This document shows, one piece after another, positions 46,271-64,000 of a stretch of DNA of 64,000 nucleotides. Positions within the stretch are counted from its first letter, which is position 1. Each line of letters opens with the position of its first letter. The notes beneath the pieces were generated by a model, which was not told the DNA's origin, made no database searches, and saw nothing but the letters and a program-made list of their open reading frames with translations. The stretch comes from the human T2T-CHM13v2.0 reference genome, Homo sapiens, in the NCBI RefSeq assembly GCF_009914755.1, contig NC_060947.1; one strand, written 5' to 3'. The translations under genes and the position numbers were made by a program.

Positions 46271-46477
46271 CCCTTTTATACATTTTGCTCCCTGGATGCA
46301 GTAGGACCATTCTCAGGATAGGCCTTCTGCAAACATTACTACAAAGAGCAGGTATTCTTTGGCTCAAGTTTAATGCACAGCCTAAGAAATTCATGGGGTC
46401 CCAGAAACCAGTGTGTAGCTGGACGTTCCGTCAGGCCAGAGGATCAATGGAACTGATGGGAGAAATAAAGTACCTGA

Positions 46478-46850
<373 letters not shown>

Positions 46851-47679
46851 TAGCTTGTGGATTTCTCTGGCCTTTGGATTCCGTCTCTCCTTAGGTGACT
46901 AGCGTTTTGATTACCTCTCATCTCATTAGTAGATTCATTAGAATGAGGATGAGGTAAGATGAAGCAGGGGTTCTACTTGTTAGTAACCATGTTTAAAAGT
47001 CTGGTTGTGGAAGATGTTGACTTAATAAGATTTGAGGAATATCTCAAGTAAACCTTTATTTATTTCAAGTAAAGCTTTGTCCTTCTCTGCCTACCTTCTG
47101 TTGCCCATGATTAAAGCTATCACAGAGTGCTCTGCACAGCACTGTGTCAGTGGGCCCAATCAATGTACACAAGAGATTATACATGCTGATTACTTAATTT
47201 GACACCTCTTAATTATTTGTTTGTAGGAAGGAAAATATAACCCTCAATTTCAATTTCAGATAGCCAAAAAGGTATTTTAAAAGTTTCCTTTGTTTATTAT
47301 CTTTTCTAAATAGAGGCTGAATAATCTGTATTATATGACATTCAATTCCTTCACAGAGAATACTAGCCTGACTATAATAGTCAGGCTAGGCTAAGCTATG
47401 CTTCAGTAACAAAAAAAAAAAAAAAAACTAAAATCTCAATGGCTGAAGAAAACGTTTCTTTCTTTTTATTTTTTATTATACTTTAAGTTTTAGGGTACAT
47501 GTGCACACTGCACAGGTTTGTTATATACGTATACATGTGCCATGTTGGTGTGCCGCACCCATTAACTCATCATTTAGCATTAGGTATATCTCCTAATGCT
47601 ATCCCTCCCCCCTCCCCCCACCCCACAACAGGCCCCAGTGTGTGATGTTCCCTACCCTGTGTCCAAGTGTTCTCATTGT

Positions 47680-51533
<3,854 letters not shown>

Positions 51534-51569
51534 TTAGTTGATGCAGTTTCTTCCTAGCCTTGATGGTCG

Positions 51570-52586
51570 TTACCATTTGGCATGTTTTTGCAGTGGCTGG
51601 TACCAGTTGTTCCTTTCCATGTTTAGTGCTTCCTTCAGGAGCTCTTTTAGGGCAGGCCTAGTGGTGACAAAATCTCTCAGCATTTGCTTGTCTGCAAAGT
51701 ATTGTATTTCTCCTTCACTTATGAAGCTTAGTTTGGCTGGATATGCAATTCTGGGTTGAAAATTCTTTTCTTTAAGAATGTTGAATATTGGCCCCCACTC
51801 TCTTCTGGCTTGTAGAGTTTCTGCCAAGAGATCAGCTGTTAGTCTGATGGGCTTCCCTTTGTGGGTAACCCGACCTTTCTCTCTGGCTGCCCTTAACATT
51901 TTTTCCTTCATTTCAACTTTGGTGAATCTGACAATTATGTATCTTGGAGTTGCTCTTCTCGAGGAGTATCTTTGTGGCATTCTCTGTATTTCCTGAATTT
52001 GAATGTTGTCCTGCCTTGCTAGATTGGGGAAGTTCTCCTGGATAATATCCTGCAGAGTGTTTTCCAACTTGGTTCCACTCTCCCCATCACTTTCAGGTAC
52101 ACCAATCAGACGTAGATTTGGTCTTTTCAGATAGTCCCATATTTCTTGGAGGCTTTGTTCATTTCTTTTTATTCTTTTTTCTCTAAACTTCTCTTCTCGC
52201 TTCGTTTCATTCATTTGATCTTCCATCACTGATACCCTTTCTTCCCGTTGATCGAATCGGCTACTGAGGCTTGTGCATTCGTCACGTAGTTCTCGTGCTG
52301 TGGTTTTCAGCTCCATCAGGTCCTTTAAGGACTTCTCTGCATTGATTATTCTAGTTAGCCATTCGTCTAATCTTTTTTCAAGGTTTTTAACTTCTTTGCC
52401 ATGGGTTCGAACTTCCTCCTTTAGCTCGGAGTAGTTTGATCTTCTGAAGCCTTCTTCTCTCAACTCGTCAAAGTCATTCTCCGTCCAGCTTTGTTCCATT
52501 GCTGGTGAGGAGCTGCGTTCCTTTGGAGGAGGAGAGGTGCTCTGATTTTTGGAGTTTCCAGTTTTTCTGCTCTGTTTTTTCCCCAT
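51570..52586 (-). CDS. LINE-1 ORF1p, intact 338 aa
   Basis: MGKKQSRKTGNSK...; REKG, ARR and YPAKLS motifs present. Confidence 0.95.
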   Translation of the reverse strand: MGKKQSRKTGNSKNQSTSPPPKERSSSPAMEQSWTENDFDELREEGFRRSNYSELKEEVRTHGKEVKNLEKRLDEWLTRIINAEKSLKDLMELKTTARELRDECTSLSSRFDQREERVSVMEDQMNETKREEKFREKRIKRNEQSLQEIWDYLKRPNLRLIGVPESDGESGTKLENTLQDIIQENFPNLARQDNIQIQEIQRMPQRYSSRRATPRYIIVRFTKVEMKEKMLRAAREKGRVTHKGKPIRLTADLLAETLQARREWGPIFNILKEKNFQPRIAYPAKLSFISEGEIQYFADKQMLRDFVTTRPALKELLKEALNMERNNWYQPLQKHAKW

Positions 52587-54003
52587 CTTTCTGGTTTTAT
52601 GTACCTTTGGTCTTTGATGATGGTGATGTACAGATGGGGTTTTGGTGTGGATGTCCTTTCTGTTTGTTAGGTTTCCTTCTAACGGTCAGGACCCTCAGCT
52701 GCAGGTCTGTTGGAGTTTGCTGGAGGTCCACTCCAGACCCTGTTTGCCTGGGTATCAGCAGCAGAGGTTGCAGAACAGTGGATATTGGTGAACAGCAAAT
52801 GTTGCTGCCTGATAGTTCCTCTGGAAGTTTTGTCTCAGAGGGGTACCCAGCTGTGTGAGGTGTCAGTCTGCCCCTACTGGGGGTGCCTCCCTGTTAGGCT
52901 ATTCGGGGGTCAGGGACTCACTTGAGGCAGTCTGTCCGTTCTCAGATCTCAAGCTGCGTGCTGGGAGAACCACTACTCTCTTCAAAGTTGTCAGACAGGG
53001 ACATTTAAGTCTGCAGAGGTTTCTGCTGCCTTTTATTTGGCTATGCCCTGCCCCCAGAGGTGGAGTCTACAGAGGCAGGCAGGCCTCCTGGAGCTGTAGT
53101 GGGCTTCACCCAGTTTGAGCTTCCCTGCTGCTTTGTTTACCTACTCAAGCCTCGGCAATGGCAGGCGCCCTTCCCCCAGCCTCGCTGCCGCCTTGTAGTT
53201 TGATCTCAGACTGCTGTGCTAACAATGAGTGAGGCTCCGTGGGCATAGGACCCTCTGAGCCAGGCACGAGATGTAATCTCCTGGTGTGCTGTTTGCTAAG
53301 ACCATTGGAAAAGCGCAGTATTAGGGTGGGAGTGACCTGATTTTCCAGGTGCCGTCTGTCACCCCTTTCTTTGACTAGGAAAGGGAATTCCCTGACCCCT
53401 TGCGCTTCCTGGGTGAGGCGATGCCTCACCCTGCTTCGGCTCACACTTGGTGCGCTGCACGCACTGTCCTGCACCCACTGTCCGACACTCCCCATTGAGA
53501 TGAACCCAGTACCTCAGTTGGAAATGCGGAAATCACTCGTCTTCTGTGTCGCTCACGCTGGGAGCTGTAGACTGGAGCTGTTCCTATTCGGCCATCTTGG
53601 CTCCACCCCCCAAGAAAATATTTCTTGCTTACATCACAGTCTGAGGCAACTAAAATGACTCTCTTTTATGGTTGTCCACCAGTGGCTAACTTATAGATGC
53701 AGGCTAAAATTCCATCTGGCAGTTCTGCCATCTCAGAATTCTTTACTTCCAACTGCACAGAAGGGAAAGAGGAAACATGGAAACTTTTCTCTTGCTCTTT
53801 ACTGCCTTGGACCAGAAGTCATATGCACTTCAGCTCAAACCACCTGCAAGGGAGGCTGGGAAGTGCAGGAGAAAACGTGATATTTGGTGAATAATAAAAT
53901 CTCTGCCATGCATGTTTTACCCATTTATCCTAGTTTTTTTTTAAGTTGTTTAGAATCCACATTTGGCGGGGGGTATTATTAAAAAGTGTTCCCCCTTTCT
54001 CTG

Positions 54004-54660
54004 TGTGGTTGCAGAGAAAGGGGGAACACTTATACACTGTTAGTGGAAATGTGAATTAGTTCACTCACTGTGGAAAGCAGCTTGGAGATTTCTCAAATAA
54101 CTTAAAACAGAACTACCATTCAACCCAGTAATCCCATTACTGGGTATATAGCCAAAGGAAAAGAAGTCATTCTACCAAAAAGACGTGTGCACTTGTATAT
54201 TCATCACTGTGCTGTTCACAACAGCAGAGGTATGGATTCAACCTAGATGCCCATCATCAATGGATTGGATAAAGAAAATGTGATACATATACACGTTGTA
54301 TCACAGGCATAAAAAAGAAGGAAATCATGTCCTTTGAATTACATGGATGCAGCTGCAGGCCATCGTTCTAAGTGAGTTAACACAGGAACAGAAAACCAAA
54401 TGCTGCATGTTCTCACTTATAAGTGGGAGCTAAAGATTGAGCACACAAGGACACAAAGATGAGAACAATAGACACTGGGGCCTACTGGAGGGGAGGGTGG
54501 GAGGTGGGCAAGGTTTGAAAAACTATCTAGTACTGTGCTCACTACCTGGGTAATGGATCATTCATACACCAAACCCCAGTGGCATGCAGTTTACCCATAT
54601 AGGTTTGTACCTGCAGGTGCACTCCCCGAACCTAAAAGTCAAAAAGAAAAAAATAAAAGA
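54004..54660 (+). mobile_element. 5'-truncated old primate L1 (L1PA15/16- or L1PB-like) 3' end
   Basis: ggaacacttatacactgtt..cagaactaccattcaacccag..tctcacttataagtgggagcta; A-rich tail. Confidence 0.88.
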
Positions 54661-55413
54661 AATTTTTTGGAAATTTGAACAGCAACAACAAAAAGAACTC
54701 ACATTTTTGACTACTGTTGTTTAGTTACTAGAGCGTGCATATAGCAAGGCTTCTTTTGAAAACAGAATTTCACAATTTATATTTTGTGTGTGGCAACGTA
54801 CTATGTAATGCAGCTTGTGTGGTCCCATCTCCACATAATTGCTTCTGGTATTCCGCCTTGGCCATATTTATCTCCCATTCTAGATCCCAGCTTGCCATTT
54901 AGACTCAGATCCAACCCTGTCTTCTACCTGAAACCTCTCTGTCTAAAGTGAACTCAGCCTCCTCTAAAGATCTAAAGGGAGTAGTGCCCACACAACTAGC
55001 ACGGCAATCAGTCATGGACTGCCCAGTGACGCCTTGACTGTAATTGCCTTGAACTATTAATCTTCTCGTTTCCTTTGTGTCCCTTTAGTGCAATGTTGTC
55101 CCCGACCCATAAGCTCATGGGTGGGAAACTCCCTATCTTCAACTCCACAACAATCAACTAGACAGATTAGCACAGAATAAGTGCTCAAAACCTATGGGCT
55201 GATTTGATCTGATTTAATTAGGTTCATAGAGTCAGCAAACATCTGAAGAAACATCAGTACTAAGTACATCAGCAAACATCAGTACTAAGCATCTAAGTAC
55301 TATGTTCCAGGATTTGTGCTAAGAATTGTGGATAAAGAGATAATTAAAGCATAGTGCCAATCCTCAAGACTCTTCCAGAATTTTAGGGGTAAACTGAATA
55401 AAAACCAACATGG

Positions 55414-55895
55414 TGTGGTAGCTAGCTTTCAAAGATCACCCAGCAGTTCCTCCCCTCCCTGTTTGAGCGTGCTATTCCTCATCTAGAGTTGGCACTTATA
55501 TTGTCCACCAGTGACTGCCTTGCCAATAGAATGTGGAGGAAGTGGCATTCTGCGACTTTCAAGAGAATGGGCAGCTTTTTCTTCCTTCCTCTTAGAGGTT
55601 TTACTCTTGGGATGCCCCCCTACCCCGAATCTAGTCACCATGTTGTGAGATGTTCTAACCAGATGAAGTGGCAACAAGAAGGAGAAACAAGGCTGAGTTC
55701 CCAGACAGCAGCCAATACCAACTGCTGGCCATGAGAGTAAGCTGTTTTGGCTATTCCAGATGACTGCAGCCCTGCTGACATAACAAAGAGAATAACCACT
55801 GATATGAAGCCAGTTCATGTACAGAATTATGACCAATAATAAAATGGTTTTTGTTTTAAACTGAGGGGGTTGCTATGCTGCAAAAGATAACTGAA
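55414..55895 (+). mobile_element. MLT1 LTR (G/H-like)
   Basis: tgtggtagctagctttcaaagat...aataaaatggtttttgttttaa..gataactgaa. Confidence 0.78.
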
Positions 55896-55899
55896 GTAC

Positions 55900-56690
55900 A
55901 GGGTTAGATAGTTTTATCAGTACAATGGGTCCACAAAGGAAGCAAAAGGATGAAGAAAGCTCAGGAGTGCCCTCATAGGGGTGACATTTGAGCTTATGAG
56001 TGGAAATTTCCCAGGCAGAACTTGAAAGAAAGGAGTTTCCAGTTCGTGATTCCATGCAAGGAAAGGCATAGAGGTATAAAACTATTATGCATGTACAGAG
56101 TATGACAAGCAGTTTGTGATGGATGACATGTGAATAAAGGGGGAGCTACAGGTATCTTGAGAGAAATCAGAAAACCTAGAAGCCTGGTCTTGGGATTTAT
56201 TCTTTATCCAGTGGGGTGCTTGGGTCTTTTTAAAGCAGAGGAGTGTCAAAATCAGATGTTTTCTCTCAGACAGATTACTTTGGAATGAATGACTGGGTAG
56301 ACTGGAGGGGTGTGAGACTGCAGAGAAAAAGAACAGCCAGGAGACTTTTGTAATGATCGAGTCTAGGAAGATGAGGTATGTGGAGTAGGCAGTGAGTGAC
56401 ATGGGAAATGGAGAGGAGAGATGGGATGCAAATGGCATTGAGGTGGACAGCTAAAAGAATTTGAATATGGGTGTGGGTAATGAAAGAAAGAGGAATCTAG
56501 GACTCCCAGATTTCAGGCTTTGGTTCACCATCCTTGGAGACTGGCAATGCAGGAGGCCAAGCAGTCCAGAGGAAGAAGATAATGACTTGGGATTCAATCA
56601 AGCCCTTGAGTTCTGAGTCATCCAAGAGAAGATGTTCTGTAAAAAAGTGACTTGTGATTCAGAGTTCAGGAGAAAGGGCTCAATTAAAAT
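55900..56690 (-). mobile_element. L2 fragment
   Basis: gtgacatttgagc; ttttaaagcagaggagtg; gactcccagatttcaggctt. Confidence 0.65.
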
Positions 56691-57774
56691 AATAACTTTA
56701 AGAAGGGTGTCCAGAACCTGTGGAAAAATGAAGCCCCTTTGTAGGCATTTATTCTGTTAAAGAGTAGTATTTTAGAGAAAAACATATCTGAAAGATATCG
56801 TGTTTGTAGGCAGGACCCTGGAGAGATGATGTAACCAGTAAGAGGTGGTGTTAGGACTTATTTTTCCATTAGTAGTAATAGGTTATAGAGAGCTAGAGAC
56901 ATGCTTGTCCATGCTTCTTTATGGCTAATATGACAGAATTTGTCTTGTGATCACAATTTGGGTGTAGTTGGTGGCTAAAAAAGATTTTCTCTGCATGAAG
57001 CTAACTGACCCACCTGGGCTTAAGCTCAGTCTTAGCTTTATTAGGTCCACTCTCCAAGCACCTGAGCAATCTCCTGGCCTAAGGCTGCATAATATGCCAG
57101 TCATTTTCAATGAGATGAGGTATCTGAAGATTAGGAGCAATGGGAAATTACTTTGATTTTTCTGAAAGCTCATCATGATTAGGTGATTCCTAAGAATCCA
57201 ACTTTGTACCACATGTTACTTAATTACGTGATTATTTTGAAGACAAATGGAATACTTTGAGGCAGGTTTCGGAAGCGCTGTAATAAAGACTATTACAGGC
57301 TTTCTGTGTTATGTTGACAGAGAGTTGTTTATATTCGTCACTATGTACATGAAGAGCTTGATTTGACCTTATCAGGTAATTTGTTGGAGATCTGCGTGCA
57401 TGCTGTAAACGGAATTTTACTACTTTTAATGGACCCTGAGCAGAGCTGAGTGGGCATTTGATTGGAATCTCGACCAGCCTGTTTATTATCTTGCTTTCTA
57501 TTTATGTACAGTCACTTTCTTCTGGAACAATACCCAATCATGTCATTAACTTGCTCATTTTTTAGTCTTCTGGCTCTGCCTGTCACATACAGGAATATTT
57601 GCGCTTAATTTGATTATTTAATAGGGTTCTATTTCCCCAAATGTCCTGGCTTACTTACAAATAAAAACAAATTATTTCTGAAAGCCATAGTCTCCAGGTC
57701 ATGGAGTGCTCAGGCACATTTTAGAACCACCAGTGGTGGAGTCTGTCTATTCTCCTCATTCCAGTCCAGTGGAG

Positions 57775-58290
57775 AGGAATTTTATCTATCAGAATGGGCT
57801 ACAGCGTGCTTCAGTTACAAATACATAAGTCCCCTGCACCCCCGCCACCCCGCACTGCACCAATCTCAGTGTCTGAACCCAATAAGGGGTTAATTCTTGC
57901 TCAAGGCCAGGAATAGGGCAAGGCAAATGAAGTGCCTAGGATTCAAAATTTCAGGAGGCACCCACTTCCAGGGTCATGGAGTGCAGGTCTTGCTTATACT
58001 GGGTGGCCAATGTGCATCAATAAGAAGCTCTGCTAATTGCCACACAGGGATCCAAACTGATAGGGCTTCATCTCAACACACACTTTGTGATCACTGAAGC
58101 AGTGGGAAATGTAGCAAATTGCTCACTGGCTCTTTAAGCTTCCACTGGAAAGTGATGTGTATCATTTCTGATCATTTCATTGGCCAAAGAAAATCCACTG
58201 GTCTGACTTCAAGGGCGACAGGGAAATACCACCTTACCACTTGCCTGGAAAGTGGCAAGCAGAAAGTATTTGGTGAACACTCTGAATGAT
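57775..58290 (-). mobile_element. Old MLT1-like LTR with a MER91-like insert (~57903-58000)
   Basis: aatctcagtgtct; cttccactggaaagtga; atttcattggccaaag; insert ggccaggaatagggcaaggc..aaaatttcaggaggcac. Confidence 0.55.
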
Positions 58291-58858
58291 TTGTATAGTT
58301 ATGTTTCCTATATTCTCTAGCACAGAGTTCTGTGGAGCACTGAGCCCAGAGTATTGTGCCCATAGCTCTGACAACTTGCAACTTCAGGTCTTCGAATAAC
58401 ATCTTTCTTTGACATCGCTTGATTATAACCTCAATGAGAAAAAAAAAAAATCACTTCCCGGCGGGGTCCAATGCCTGTGTGGAGTTTGCATGTTCTCTCT
58501 AGTCTGCATGGGTTTTCTCTGAGTACTGTGGTTTCCTCCCACATCTCAAAGTTGTGCACGTCAGGTTCATTGGCAAGTCTACATGGTCCCAATGTGAGTG
58601 AGTGTGAGTGTGCCCTGCAATGGAATGGCATCCTGGCCAGGTTCTTGCCTCGCTCCCTGAGCTGCCTGGATAGACTCTGGCCACCCATGACCCTAAACTG
58701 GAATCACTGGGTAGATAGTCTTACCTGTTTTATTGAATCTTTCTTAAACATTGTATAGTTCACATGTATTCCAAGGTTTAATATTAGAAGTGTCTTGGTC
58801 TTTATTTAGAAGTTTGGTGATGTTTTGTGATCAGAAATATGCCATAGGAACTTAACTC

Positions 58859-59450
<592 letters not shown>

Positions 59451-60789
59451 GCCTTAACTCTTGTTTATAACAATTAGCTTATGGAAAAATTGGTTTCCTT
59501 AGGCATTGTTTTGCATAAACTTGCAGTTTCCAAGAAATTGTTGACGATGTTAGTGAGGTCATACTGTAAAATGAATTCTGGCAATAGGTCGCTGGTAGAT
59601 TACAACTACTTACAGGTGCACAAGGAGGCTTGTTAGGTGGATGGACTGTGCCCCTTAACATCATCTGCTCAGCTGAGAAAGAGCTTTCACAATGTACTAA
59701 GACAACAACATCCCTAAGGTGAAGCTCTCCTCCCAGGGTGCTGAAAGCTTTGCCATATGCAGCGGCTGTGATTACCAAGGCTTGTCAAATCTCAGCTGAA
59801 GAAAGAGCACCACTCCTCTTTCTTTACTTCTTAATTTCTCTAATGCTCTTTTCCACTATTTTTTAACTCCAGGAAGCTTTGGAATATATTCTGCAAAGAA
59901 GATGCTATCCTAAATAGAGTTGATCTGTGTCATCACTGAAATTGTCAATGAGCATTCTTTATTGTTAGTTGTGTACTCCAGAAATAGCTAGATAAAAAGG
60001 ACAAAATATAAAATAAAAAGAAAAGGCAAAAGCAGTGCATTTTTGCCTTTGATTATTATTATTATTTGCTTCTTCTTTAAATGTAAAGCAAAGCATATTT
60101 GTGAAATGATTTAAAAATAAGAACAGTCTTGTATTTTTTAGGAAACTGTTTTTAAGGATTTCTTCACACTTAACCAGTTCTCCTCAAGTATCTCTGTCTC
60201 TCCGATTTGGCACACCTGTTTTACAGATGAGGCCTCTAGAACACTGGCTGGTTAAGAGATTTGATTACAGTCATGAGGTGACTGTATTTTGGGTTTGACT
60301 GGTATTTTGAGGGTCAAGTAATACCATAGTATTGTGGTTTCTACCTTGGCCTTTAGCTTCTCCTGTGGTGATAAACCTGTGGATTTTATTTCAGCAGGGA
60401 TTTTCAAGTTGTTTTTTGGTATTATAAATAATACTCTGAAATGGAGATTTCTCAGTCAAGTTCTATCTGGTTATTAGTTACATATCATATATTTGGTTGA
60501 ATATTTGCATTGAGATTTAGAGAAGAGGGAGTTTAAGATGGAAGGTATCTCAGTCCTGCTGAATATGGAATCATATCAGTTTTCCATAAAGCCCTTTGTT
60601 TATGGATTGTTAAGACCATGCTGATCCAGAGTGAGCAGCAGTTGAGTATGTCTTCAGATCTGGACCCATATCCAGGTTGAATGGGAAGACTCTGGGCTGA
60701 CATTTTCTTTTACTTCCAATGTCCTGGCTCCATGGATTTTGAAGGTAAAGATTGAATGTATCATCAACAAGACAACATTTTAGCTTTGT

Positions 60790-61715
<926 letters not shown>

Positions 61716-62689
61716 AATGAATTTCAGACCTCAGACTTTACAGGACCCTGATCTAACTCACATTTTCCCCAAGTGTTCTTACTTATTTTTTTTGAGAGAA
61801 TATTGAATGAATATGTCCTCTCCCTTGATCAGTTGATTCAGAGGAAATCAATCCTAATTGTCCCAACTTTACTTTCTTCAAGGAAGAATACAAGAGCTAC
61901 AATGGAGTCTGAATCTCTGACCACATGGGGTTGGCCATCCTTTCCTTAGCTTATCTCCTGTTAACAGCTCAGGGTCACAATAGTGACAGGACACAATTAC
62001 ACAAAAGCTCCCTCTTTGTCTACATAGAATCAATAGCAATACATGATGCCTTGAAAGATTAAAGCCAAATGCCTGGTCATCCAGGTGATGAAAATGGAAT
62101 ACACTAGCTGCTATTCATCTTCAGTGAGTCAGCATGGTTCTTTCAGGTGAAAGGAACTGCATCAGATATGGGCAAAGCTGTGGTGACTGCAGAGGTAGAT
62201 GTTCAGAAAGGACAGAGGGGAAGGAAGAGTGACAAATATACTCCCTGTTTATGCCATAAAGGTTGACATTACAAGCTTGAAGTGGCACTGTGTTTGCATC
62301 TACTCTACACCTACTGGGATATGAAAACGACAATATGATGAAGAAGGAAAAATCCCACCATTGTCTGATTTACTGCCTTGGAACTTGGAATGCTGTGAAG
62401 GTTTATGTCTTTTTCTTTTTTCTTTTGGTCCCTAATGCTTTCTAATATTTTGAAAATGAACAATCACTGTTATAATGTGTTCTTCATTTATATAATGTTA
62501 AGTATTTACATTTTTATATAGTTATAACTATGAATGGAATACATTTTAAAAAGGTGGATGTTATAGGTGCTAAAAAGAAGCTTATGCAGTTATTGAAAAC
62601 TAAGTGAAAAAAGGAACCTATTATGAGTACATAGACCATCTTTCCCTTGACTGTTAGAGCAAGTCTTTTCTTAAAAGCAGTGGATTTTA

Positions 62690-63040
62690 ATGTGGCATGC
62701 ATATTGGGGCTTGTCCTCTTGGAATGATCACTTATCCACCAAGCTGAGAAATTCCAAGCAACCACGTAAAGATCTCTACATGGAAGACAACAAAAGTCCC
62801 TGGCCAACAGCCAGCCTCAACTTGCCAATTATATTAATGAGGTCATCTTGGAAGGGGATCCTCCAATCCTAAGTTGAGCCTCCCCAGCTGATTCCACATG
62901 GAACAGAGATGAGCTGTCCACATCAAGACTGGCCGAAATTGCAGATTTGTGAGCAAATGTATGATTTTTTTTTTTTTGCTAATGTATGATTGTTAACTCA
63001 TTACGTTTTGGGATGATTTGTTACATATGACTGAAACAGT
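62690..63040 (+). mobile_element. MLT1 LTR fragment
   Basis: ggccaacagccagc..tgaggtcatcttggaag..cccagctga..gaacagagatgagctg..tgcagatttgtgagcaa. Confidence 0.72.
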
Positions 63041-63219
63041 TCCTCAAACTATTTTCTACGTGTATTTTATCTAGGTGTCTATCACTACCTAAATTTAAGT
63101 TGGCATATATATTTTAACTCTGTTTAGTAGTTCAGGAACTCTGTTGAGGAAGATTCTGAGACTGCAGCCTAGTTTAGTAGAAAAGCATGCATGTCCTTCA
63201 TTTAATTTATTCACCACAC

Positions 63220-63590
63220 AGCAGGCAGGGTGATCTTTTAAAAAATCAATCTGATTGTGTGACTACACTGCTGAAATTCTCCAGGGGCTTTCCAATGCAG
63301 TTAGAATGAAAACCAACATCCTTATTGTCATTTGCAAAGCCCTCTATTCGCTGGCCTTTACTTGATTCCCCTTCAGTCTCATTCCATGCCACTCTCCCAC
63401 TCAGCCACTCACACAGTCCAGCTTCACAAGTTGTGTTTCAATTTCCCGAACATGCCAAGGCAACTCCCACCTTTGCATCTTTTTATCTGTATTAGATATT
63501 CTCCCTTCCTGGAATGATCTTTATAGGACTGACTTCTTATCATTCAGATCCCAGTTTATCTTCTCAGATAGACTCCCCTGACTAGGCAAA
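63220..63590 (+). mobile_element. L2 fragment
   Basis: gggtgatcttttaaaa..tctgattgtgtgact; gaacatgccaagg; ccttcctggaatg. Confidence 0.65.
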
Positions 63591-63820
63591 TCAGTCAGCT
63601 ATTACTATAATATGGTTTCATAGCAAACGACCTCACAATTCAGTGGCTTAAAACAGCAAGTATTTATTCTGATCTTCATAGGCCTGTGGGGTGATTGGGG
63701 CAGCCTTGCTCTATGTCTCAGTTTTGGGTCTGCATTGCCTCCTAAATGGGCAAATGAAAACCCTCAATCCTATTAAGGCCTAAACTAAGAATTCACACAC
63801 TGTCTGTCTCCCACTCCCAT

Positions 63821-64000
63821 TGAGATGGGAGAGTTCCCTTGACCCCTTCCTGGGGCTTACGACAGGGCTGTGGCTCCTTTACTCCTCTGCTGCACTCAAA
63901 CCGCTTGTGGGAGGAGGAGCACGCAGGTGAACTGGTGCAGGAGCTGGGGCAAGTGCCTTTGGGTGCTGGCATGAACCCTGTACTGGCCTGTGGCAGCGTT
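63821..64000. mobile_element. ERV1-class LTR running off the window end (MER48-like, uncertain)
   Basis: Abrupt GC-rich segment starting tgagatgggagagttcccttgacccc. Confidence 0.5.

Overview
Primate (very probably human) intergenic DNA, AT-rich and dominated by interspersed repeats. The only recognisable cellular gene is the intronless, CpG-rich ferritin heavy chain-like retrogene FTHL17 (minus strand, CDS 41549-42100, 183 aa), which from prior knowledge places the window at Xp21.2 between TAB3 and the 3' end of DMD. About 5 kb upstream and co-oriented lies a full-length ~6.15 kb L1PA4-like LINE-1 with target-site duplications, an intact ORF1 and an ORF2 broken after the endonuclease domain. 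The rest is Alu, MIR, L2, old L1M, MaLR/ERV LTRs and DNA-transposon fossils, a ~1 kb alternating purine-pyrimidine tract and a 3x101 bp tandem repeat. Nearly all other ORFs in the track are repeat-derived or chance. I could not establish a genuinely new system. The best leads are the altered functional surfaces and possible N-terminal extension of FTHL17, the ORF1-plus-endonuclease-only L1, and a few weak exon-like relics. Repeat subfamily names and reference residues come from remembered consensus sequences, not from a search, and boundaries of old repeats are approximate.
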